DNA from: Bdellovibrionales bacterium
GTDB taxonomy: Bacteria > Bdellovibrionota > Bdellovibrionia > Bdellovibrionales > UBA1609
NCBI GenBank assembly: GCA_050246815.1
Contig: JBFWVI010000047.1
Coordinates: 1 to 22,947, forward strand
DNA length: 22,947 bases
Reading direction: 5' to 3'
Made by a program: the position numbers and the translations under genes. Under the pieces are notes generated by a model, which did not search any database, was not told where the DNA came from, and saw only the letters and a list, made by a program, of their open reading frames with translations. Each line of letters opens with the position of its first letter. Position 1 is the stretch's first letter. Positions 9,467-15,792 of the stretch are shown piece after piece.

Positions 9467-10603
9467 ATGCGACCCGGACTGCTGATTTCGATTCTGATTT
9501 TGTCACAAAGCCACGCATCTTTAGCCGCAGCCAAACCTCGCTATGCCCAGACCGTTGATCAAATCTACCGTCAAGCAATGGATAATTATTTTTTAAATAT
9601 AGTGAATGTGGCCAATGCCAATCCTCAGGCGCGCCAGTTTGTCGAAGAAGCTTTTAGGCCTTTGCCCACCGACGCCGAAACTAAAAAATCTTTAGCGGGC
9701 CTCAAAAACCTGAAAACCCCCAAGGTCTACTCGATCGACAAAGGGTTGGAATTTGAATTTGATAATCAGGCTCGTTTTCAAATGGTCTTAAGTTCAAAAT
9801 ACGGTGAAGTGCAAATCACTGAAAAACAAAAAACCGCTCGAGCCACGCCTTTTTTTGAGTATTTTAACCCCCTCAACAAAGCCGATGCAGCTCTGGGCTT
9901 GATCTTGCAAGGAGCCGGGCTACTTTTACGCATGATCGTGGGAAATTCGGTTCGTGCCGCAGCGGTTGGTGTCGGCGGCGGAGCGGCGGGTGGTTGCGTG
10001 ATCGGAGCTCAACTTAAGTATGAGTATCAAAGTGTCGGCGAAGCTTGTTTGGGCGGCGCCACCGTTGGTGCAATGGTGGGACCGACCGTCGTGTTTGGCT
10101 TATCGAACGAACACGTCAAAGGCATTTTGGGCGGCTCAAGCGCGGCCGGAGCCAAGGTTTTACCGTTTTTAAGGGTGGTCGGCGCTTTGGGGTCAGTGGC
10201 CTTGGTGGGACAAAGTCTTCAGACGATGGCCACAATGAACGGCGCACTTTTGCGCTGCCAGGGTGCGCAAGGGGATTTTATTGTGCATGCCAAAACTCAA
10301 GGGGCCACTCAACAAGCGCTCTATGGTGTTTTAGGTGATGCCATTACATTTTACTTTAAAGAGGGTGAAAAACGGATCACGCTTTCGCCACCAGAGCTAA
10401 AAAAGTTTTTCAAGACGCGCGATCACTTTAAAGAATTGTCTGAAGATCAGCTTGAGTCTTTGGCGAATTTTAGCGTCTTAAAAGAAGTGCACGGCTACCG
10501 CGAGCTCTGCCGCAAGCGCGGTGATGGCCACACCCAAAGTTACGTTTATAGTTCATCGGCGCGAGTCGTGAATGACGACAAGCCGACGCCGGCTGCAAAG
10601 TAA
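9467..10603 (+). CDS. Secreted hypothetical protein with Gly/Ala-rich hydrophobic (glycine-zipper-like) central region
   Basis: ATG 9467 gives the signal peptide MRPGLLISILILSQSHASLAAA (the ORF track starts at 9419). Central segments AVGVGGGAAGGCVIG, CLGGATVGAMVG and VVGALGSVALVG. Confidence 0.75.
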   Translation: MRPGLLISILILSQSHASLAAAKPRYAQTVDQIYRQAMDNYFLNIVNVANANPQARQFVEEAFRPLPTDAETKKSLAGLKNLKTPKVYSIDKGLEFEFDNQARFQMVLSSKYGEVQITEKQKTARATPFFEYFNPLNKADAALGLILQGAGLLLRMIVGNSVRAAAVGVGGGAAGGCVIGAQLKYEYQSVGEACLGGATVGAMVGPTVVFGLSNEHVKGILGGSSAAGAKVLPFLRVVGALGSVALVGQSLQTMATMNGALLRCQGAQGDFIVHAKTQGATQQALYGVLGDAITFYFKEGEKRITLSPPELKKFFKTRDHFKELSEDQLESLANFSVLKEVHGYRELCRKRGDGHTQSYVYSSSARVVNDDKPTPAAK

Positions 10604-10611
10604 TCAGAGCC

Positions 10612-10884
10612 CTAAGGACCGCTGCATTCGTAAGCGGTTTTCGAGTAGTAAGGTTTTTCGTCGATTTCGTTGCAGTGTTTGAAGTAAAACTCCATGGGCT
10701 TCCAGTTGGGCCTAGAGGGCATGGGCTTGCGAAAGTGCATCGAGTCTGCCGTGTAAGCGGCTCCTTCGGCTGTGCTGGCCCCATCCTGATCGGGCAACCA
10801 CATTGTGGTCTCACCAGGCTTGGTCGGGCTCGACGAACAAGCGCACAAAAAAACCAAAATGCTAAAGATCACAAGACGCTTCAT
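10612..10884 (-). CDS. Small lipoprotein, function unknown
   Basis: MKRLVIFSILVFLCA-C lipobox-type signal; 90 aa; two further Cys in the C-terminal part (FYFKHC...YEC). Confidence 0.8.
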   Translation of the reverse strand: MKRLVIFSILVFLCACSSSPTKPGETTMWLPDQDGASTAEGAAYTADSMHFRKPMPSRPNWKPMEFYFKHCNEIDEKPYYSKTAYECSGP

Positions 10885-10891
10885 GGATAAT

Positions 10892-10918
10892 TTTTCGGCT
10901 TAATTATGACCAACCTAA
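10892..10918 (-). promoter_or_regulatory. Putative sigma28 (FliA)-type promoter of the lipoprotein gene
   Basis: Minus strand reads TTAG-N15-GCCGAAAA versus consensus TAAA-N15-GCCGATAA, ending 7 nt before ATG 10884. Confidence 0.5.
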
Positions 10919-10961
10919 ACTAAAGATCAGCGTGGCTTATAGCCCACGCATTGTGTTCTTC

Positions 10962-10991
10962 TTGACACAGGCCTGACGCGAGGCATATAAG
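10962..10991 (+). promoter_or_regulatory. Putative sigma70 promoter upstream of lpxC
   Basis: TTGACA (10962-10967), N18, TATAAG (10986-10991). Confidence 0.45.
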
Positions 10992-11063
10992 AAGGGTCTG
11001 CCAAAATTCGCAGAAAATAGCCTTTTTTCAAGGCCTTGCTCTTCTGTTGGGAACTGCCGTCAA

Positions 11064-11079
11064 TGGCACAGGGCTTGTA
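11064..11079 (+). promoter_or_regulatory. Putative sigma54 (-24/-12) promoter upstream of lpxC
   Basis: TGGCAC-AGGGC-TTGTA: perfect -24 element and correct spacing; the -12 element is TTGT rather than TTGC; 26 nt before the ATG. Confidence 0.5.
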
Positions 11080-11105
11080 TAGTAAGGACACCAGGGACAC
11101 GAAAT

Positions 11106-12002
11106 ATGTTTTTGCAGCGCACAATCAGACGTCGAGTAGAAGTGGAAGGCATTGGGTTGCACACGGGGGCGCCGGCAAAGCTGACCTTTTGTCCAGCGCC
11201 AGAAAATACTGGCATCTATTTTGTTCGTCGTGATCTGCCTGGGCGCCCGGCCATTTCAACTCAAGCCGATTTGGTGACTGCAACCACGATGGCCACCACA
11301 TTAGGTGGCGAAGAGTTCAGTGTTTCGACTGTGGAGCATTGCTTGTCCGCATTGGCCGCTTTGCGCATCGATAATTTGTTCATAGAGCTGGATGGCCCCG
11401 AAATTCCAATCGGAGATGGTAGTGCACGCTTCTTTTTGGAAGCTATTCTACAAGCTGGATTGGCCGATCAAGAGCAGCCACGAAAATACGCCTATATCTG
11501 TCAGCCCATTTACTTCGGCACCGACGAAAAGTATGCCTATGTGTTGCCTTACAATGGCTTACGCGTGACCTGCACGATTGATTTTCCTCATCGTGCGATC
11601 GGTCGGCAGACTTTTGATATCGATGTGAATGAACATTCTTTCAGCCGTGATTTGGCCCGAGCCCGCACCTTTGGCTTTTTGAAGGATGTTGAGGCTATGC
11701 GCACCCGTGGGCTGGCCCGCGGCGGCAGCTTGGAAAATGCCGTGGTTTTAGACCATGACGGGGTTATGAACCCCGAGGGCTTGCGTTGGACAGATGAATT
11801 TGTACGCCATAAGGTCTTGGATGCCTTGGGCGATCTGGTTACCTTAGGTATGCCTTTGATGGGTCATGTGGTCTTGTTCAAGGCGGGCCATGACATGATG
11901 AACCGATTGGTACGTAAGATCTTGGAATCTCCCGATTCTTACCGTCATATTGAACTTGGTGCCGAGCTGCCGTCGCAGGATTGGCTGACCAATTACGCTT
12001 AA
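11106..12002 (+). CDS. lpxC: UDP-3-O-acyl-N-acetylglucosamine deacetylase
   Basis: GIGLHTG, STVEHCLSAL, EIPIGDGSA, ARARTFGF, EFVRHKVLDALGDL and KAGH zinc/catalytic motifs. Confidence 0.97.
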   Translation: MFLQRTIRRRVEVEGIGLHTGAPAKLTFCPAPENTGIYFVRRDLPGRPAISTQADLVTATTMATTLGGEEFSVSTVEHCLSALAALRIDNLFIELDGPEIPIGDGSARFFLEAILQAGLADQEQPRKYAYICQPIYFGTDEKYAYVLPYNGLRVTCTIDFPHRAIGRQTFDIDVNEHSFSRDLARARTFGFLKDVEAMRTRGLARGGSLENAVVLDHDGVMNPEGLRWTDEFVRHKVLDALGDLVTLGMPLMGHVVLFKAGHDMMNRLVRKILESPDSYRHIELGAELPSQDWLTNYA

Positions 12003-12049
12003 TGAGCCGGGTTTCGCCCCCTCTAATCATGGACTTTTTGCGAATTTGA

Positions 12050-12106
12050 TTGTCGCCTCGGATTTGGGGCGATAAAACCTCTTTTTCCGATTTAAAAAGA
12101 GGTTTT
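12050..12106 (+). promoter_or_regulatory. Tandem hairpins in the ald leader; the second sequesters the Shine-Dalgarno sequence
   Basis: Hairpin 1 spans 12050-12075 (TTGTCGCCTCG/TGGGGCGATAA, with G-U pairs). Hairpin 2 is a perfect 13-bp stem, AAAACCTCTTTTT (12074-12086) / AAAAAGAGGTTTT (12094-12106), containing AGAGG and ending 1 nt before ATG 12108. Confidence 0.6.
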
Positions 12107-12107
12107 T

Positions 12108-13214
12108 ATGATTATCGGTGTTCCGAAGGAAATTAAAATCAGTGAAAACCGCGTCGGTTTGACCGAAGCGGGCGTTCGTCAATTGGTGGCTGAGGGTCAC
12201 ACTCTGATCGTCGAAAAAGATGCGGGGCTGGGCAGCGGCATCACCAATGAAGATTACGAAAAGGCCGGCGCCAAAATTCTGCCGACAAAAACCGATGTCT
12301 ATGCCAAAGCTGAAATGATCGTGAAGGTGAAAGAACCGCTTCCCGATGAGTATGATTTGCTCAAAGAAAATTTAATCCTTTACACCTATTTGCATTTAGC
12401 TGCGGAACCGAAGCTGACCAAGGTGTTGGCCGAGCGTAAAGTTAAGGCTGTGGCCTATGAAACCATCGAATTACCTGACAAAAGCCTACCACTTTTGACT
12501 CCGATGAGTGAAGTGGCCGGTCGCATGGCGACGCAAGTTGGTGCCTACTATTTGCAGCGTGATCATGGAGGCAAAGGTATTTTGCTTGGTGGCGTGACTG
12601 GCGTGGATCGTGGTCACACAGTGGTTATCGGCGGTGGCGTTGTGGGTGTAAACTCGGCCAAAATGGCTGTTGGTTTAGGTTCAGACGTGACGATTTTGGA
12701 TACCAATCGTGCACGCCTAGAATACTTGGATCACATCTTTCAAGGTCGCGTACGCACTCTGTATTCGAACATGCAAAACATTGAGCGTTCAGTGGCCACA
12801 GCCGATTTGTTGGTGGGCGCTGTCCTTGTGACTGGTCATAAGGCTCCGACTTTGGTGACACGCAAAATGGTTCAATCCATGGGCAAGGGTTCGGTTGTGG
12901 TCGACGTGGCCGTGGATCAAGGCGGTTGCATTGAAACCTGTCGGCCCACTTCACATACCAATCCGACTTACGAAGTCGACGGCGTGATCCACTATTGCGT
13001 GCCGAACATGCCGGGCGTGGTTTCGCGCACTTCAACCTACGCTTTGACCAATGCCACTTTTAAATATGCTTCAATGTTGGCGGCTATGGGCGTGGAAGAT
13101 GCAATTGCCAAAGACAAAGCACTGTTCAAAGGTGTCAATGTCTATGGTGGTTATGTATGTTACGAGCCCGTTGCGAAAGATTTGGGTATGGAGTATCGCG
13201 CTTTGAAGATGTAA
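12108..13214 (+). CDS. ald: Alanine dehydrogenase
   Basis: MIIGVPKEIK..ENRVGLT, VKVKEP, YLHLAA, PLLTPMSEVAGRM, Rossmann GGGVVG, DVAVDQGGCIET, HYCVPNMPG. Confidence 0.98.
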   Translation: MIIGVPKEIKISENRVGLTEAGVRQLVAEGHTLIVEKDAGLGSGITNEDYEKAGAKILPTKTDVYAKAEMIVKVKEPLPDEYDLLKENLILYTYLHLAAEPKLTKVLAERKVKAVAYETIELPDKSLPLLTPMSEVAGRMATQVGAYYLQRDHGGKGILLGGVTGVDRGHTVVIGGGVVGVNSAKMAVGLGSDVTILDTNRARLEYLDHIFQGRVRTLYSNMQNIERSVATADLLVGAVLVTGHKAPTLVTRKMVQSMGKGSVVVDVAVDQGGCIETCRPTSHTNPTYEVDGVIHYCVPNMPGVVSRTSTYALTNATFKYASMLAAMGVEDAIAKDKALFKGVNVYGGYVCYEPVAKDLGMEYRALKM

Positions 13215-13240
13215 GCGCAGCGGATCATTTGATGAATTTT

Positions 13241-13273
13241 AAGAAGGCGTCTGTAAAGGTGCCTTTTTTATTT
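13241..13273 (+). terminator. Rho-independent terminator after ald, possibly bidirectional with the convergent comEC C-terminal ORF
   Basis: AAGGCGTC-TGTAAA-GGTGCCTT stem (two G-U pairs) followed by TTTTATTT. Confidence 0.65.
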
Positions 13274-14047
13274 CTAATCCATGAAAAGCAGGTGCCCCCA
13301 TTCCTCCGTGCTGACCAAGGGGATTGCCTGAGCGTGAAGTCGTTTTTTAACAGCGATATGTGGGTGGCCATAACGTTGACGACGACTGCTGGCGATGGCT
13401 TGTCGGATTTGGCTCAACCGGTTCAAAAGCAGATTCGAGGTGCTGGTTTGACTGCCATGATGTCCCAACAATAAAATCCGAACGGAGTCTGGCGAAAGTC
13501 GATGGGCCCATAGGCGTTCATTGCGGATGGGCGCATCTCCTGGGATCAGCCATCCTTTAAAACGGATCACTTGGCTCAAGTCATTGGCCCGCGAAGATTG
13601 GACGCTTGGACGATCAACTAAATAAAGCGCGCGACCCACAAGGTTTTGCCGCAAGCGAGACTCACAGACCTGAAAACGATTGAGAATTTTTTGTTTTTTG
13701 AACGCGGCGACCCCTGGAGGAAGATTCAAGATGCAGGCTGGTGACAGGCGAAAGTGTGCACTTGAGGCAAAACTTAAATGATCCCAATCCCAGTGCGAAA
13801 AGAAAAACAAATTGGTTTTGCCTGCACAGTGCTGACGCACAAGCAGCAGGGGCGAATACTCGCCGCCGGCATCAAAGTGCAGGCAGAACCGATCTTCAAT
13901 CCGGCTCACCCATTGCCCTTGGCCCACATTCCAGACCACAAAGCGGGCCCTAAGGCCGTGGGCAAGAGGGTGCGGGGTTAAGCTAATAAAGCTTAGCAGC
14001 AAAAACAGAATTAAAATTTTCTTTGCCACCAAATCCATCCCTGCCAA
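13274..14047 (-). CDS. ComEC C-terminal metallo-beta-lactamase-fold (putative nuclease) domain as a separate ORF
   Basis: N-terminal hydrophobic helix, then NVGQGQ, FDAGG, SHWDWDH, PGDAP, GHHGS and YGHPH, the motif set of the ComEC beta-lactamase-like domain. Start may be TTG 14047, ATG 14038 or GTG 14029. Confidence 0.85.
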   Translation of the reverse strand: MAGMDLVAKKILILFLLLSFISLTPHPLAHGLRARFVVWNVGQGQWVSRIEDRFCLHFDAGGEYSPLLLVRQHCAGKTNLFFFSHWDWDHLSFASSAHFRLSPACILNLPPGVAAFKKQKILNRFQVCESRLRQNLVGRALYLVDRPSVQSSRANDLSQVIRFKGWLIPGDAPIRNERLWAHRLSPDSVRILLLGHHGSQTSTSNLLLNRLSQIRQAIASSRRQRYGHPHIAVKKRLHAQAIPLVSTEEWGHLLFMD

Positions 14048-14892
14048 AGCACAATCTGCACGATCACCACGTAAGCTATAAACGCGCCACGGCCGCTTTC
14101 GATCGGAGTGGTTTCAATAAGTTGATTGAGTGGCGATAGAACTTGAATCAAAAGTGACCAAATGAAGTCACTGACCCACGCCAGCGGTGAAAATAAACAT
14201 GTGAGTAAACAAAGTGGAAACAAAAAGCTGCTTAAGAGCGGCGCAAACAACCAATTGTTCAAAACGCTCACGGGGTGTGCTGCACCCAAACTCAAAAGCC
14301 CAGGCAACATTAAACCGTGAATCAGTAAAGCGGCTGGCCCCGCTGACAGACGCAGATGCATTGCCAACTGACAGGCCAGCGCGGCTAGCCAACTCAACCA
14401 AAAAGAAAGGGAGTGAATCCAGCTTGGTACGAGGCTCAAACACAAGATACCGCTGAGCCAGGTCAGAAGAAATATATGGGAGTGTACCCCTAGGGATTGA
14501 CGTCGCTCCATGCACAGCCACTGCAGAAGGGCGCGAAATACCGGCGGCTGAGCACCACACGTTAATGTGTACAGGCCGAGTAATAAAAAAATCATTAAGT
14601 TACCAAAGCGTTGATGGCGCAAGGGCTTTAGCCAGGCAGCAAAAAAGGCCAAATGTGCACCCGAGACAACAAGTAGGTGATAAAGCCCGCTATGTAGAAA
14701 GGGCATTTGCTCAGAATGAGTGGGATCGATTCCGCAAACCATCGCGCGAGTCAGCTCATGGTGCGCATTTGGAATAATTTGTGCTGCGCACCAATTTTGG
14801 AGAGGTCGGCTCCATTCCTCAAGGTCCGGACCTAAGTCGAGAGTCGGACTAAAAAACGGTCCCAACCATAACAGAATCATGATCAACAGCAT
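14011..14892 (-). CDS. comEC: ComEC/Rec2 competence (membrane channel) domain protein
   Basis: SGLYHLLVVSGAHL, GAQPPVFRALL, SFWLSWLA and SVLNNWLFAP match the competence-domain motifs; multiple TM segments; too little N-terminal sequence for an OB-fold domain. Confidence 0.88.
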   Translation of the reverse strand: MLLIMILLWLGPFFSPTLDLGPDLEEWSRPLQNWCAAQIIPNAHHELTRAMVCGIDPTHSEQMPFLHSGLYHLLVVSGAHLAFFAAWLKPLRHQRFGNLMIFLLLGLYTLTCGAQPPVFRALLQWLCMERRQSLGVHSHIFLLTWLSGILCLSLVPSWIHSLSFWLSWLAALACQLAMHLRLSAGPAALLIHGLMLPGLLSLGAAHPVSVLNNWLFAPLLSSFLFPLCLLTCLFSPLAWVSDFIWSLLIQVLSPLNQLIETTPIESGRGAFIAYVVIVQIVLWQGWIWWQRKF

Positions 14893-14904
14893 GAGTTCGC
14901 TGGT

Positions 14905-14920
14905 TGCAATGGAAGCGCCG
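14905..14920 (-). promoter_or_regulatory. Putative sigma54 (-24/-12) promoter of comEC
   Basis: Minus strand CGGCGC-TTCCA-TTGCA: GG-N10-GC with TTGCA, ending 12 nt before ATG 14892. Confidence 0.5.
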
Positions 14921-15066
14921 AATGAATTTCAGAATTGGTCGGCGAGACCGCCAGTAAAATTAAAATTTTCAAAATAAGTGTGTAATTTCATATAGATAAG
15001 ATGTGCTCAAAGACTCAGCAATTGGCTTAAACCCTTGTCTGGAGGTAGGTCTAGGCAGTCGCTTAC

Positions 15067-15093
15067 TGTGAATTCCACATTGCCTGTGGATAA
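15067..15093. promoter_or_regulatory. Inverted-repeat protein-binding site containing a perfect DnaA box
   Basis: TGTGGATAA (15085-15093) is the reverse complement of TTATCCACA. Inverted repeat TCCACA-N5-TGTGGA and overlapping TGTG-N5-CACA, in an AT-rich divergent intergenic region. Confidence 0.4.
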
Positions 15094-15242
15094 TTCTTAA
15101 CAGGTTGTACAAATTACGAAGAACCAAAGACAATTGCATCTTATGAACCTGCAAAAGTTTTTAAAAAAAAGATCTTAAATCGCGATGATGGAAGAGTTTG
15201 AAAATTCGTGCGCATTATTTAAGATAATGACAGGGGGAATTC

Positions 15243-15752
15243 ATGAATAGCACAAAGTTTCTTTTGGCGTGTGGATTAGTTGGATGGATGTGCACAACTT
15301 TAGCCTTCGCTGCGCCACTCCCCATGAGTTCGCAACCGAAAAAACAAAAGCTTGGCGCCTCGTTACCCGAGGGTGAAAAGGCCATTTATTTGAGATTGGT
15401 CGAGGCCTATCGCAAGGCGGACGTAAATGAAACTTACAAGTTTCGCGACTTGATGCTGAAAAACTACCCCAAGTCTATTTACGCCGACAATGCCCTATAT
15501 CTAGCGGGGCTGTTGGATTATCAGCGCGGCCGCATTGCCGAAGCTGTGCAAAATTTTGGTGAACTTAGCCGACGTTATCCGGCCGGCAACAAAAGACCGG
15601 CGGCGCTTTACGCCAAAAGCATTGCTTATAACAAATTGAATCTACCGCATTTGTCGAAACAGATCCTGGAAGAGATCACAAGGCTCTATCCAGGCAGCCC
15701 TGAGTCGCAACGGGCATGGATGGATTTGCGTTTGAAAGAAAATAAAGGCTAA
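15243..15752 (+). CDS. Periplasmic TPR protein, CpoB/YbgF-BamD-like
   Basis: Signal peptide (…TTLAFA); YPKSIYADNALY, YPAGNKRPAALY and YPGSPES motifs typical of CpoB/YbgF-type TPRs; SD AGGGGG. Confidence 0.8.
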   Translation: MNSTKFLLACGLVGWMCTTLAFAAPLPMSSQPKKQKLGASLPEGEKAIYLRLVEAYRKADVNETYKFRDLMLKNYPKSIYADNALYLAGLLDYQRGRIAEAVQNFGELSRRYPAGNKRPAALYAKSIAYNKLNLPHLSKQILEEITRLYPGSPESQRAWMDLRLKENKG

Positions 15753-15792
15753 CGGTCTTTAAAACAGCATCGTCGAACAAGGAAGTTCAGGC

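Noticed and set aside
9467..10884. Toxin-immunity pair (glycine-zipper protein plus small lipoprotein)
   Set aside because: The genes are convergent with separate putative promoters, and nothing in the sequence links them functionally
10927..11233. Short ORFs 10927-11124 (-) and 11036-11233 (+)
   Set aside because: They overlap the lpxC promoter region and coding start, with no coding evidence
14011..14022. Programmed -1 frameshift fusing the comEC halves at AAATTTT
   Set aside because: The heptamer is phased AAA TTT T in the upstream frame rather than the canonical X XXY YYZ, and I see no clear stimulatory structure
14969..15154. 61-aa minus-strand ORF in the comEC/TPR intergenic region
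   Set aside because: No SD or motif; overlaps AT-rich regulatory-looking sequence
15207..15234. dif-like site: CGTGCGCATTA resembles the XerC arm GGTGCGCATAA (9/11)
   Set aside because: The normally better-conserved XerD arm matches only 3/11 (ATAATGACAGG vs TTATGTTAAAT), and the site overlaps a ribosome-binding site
14893..15242. Possible oriC (AT-rich with a DnaA box)
   Set aside because: Only one perfect box, no dnaA/dnaN/gidA/parAB nearby and no recognisable DUE repeats
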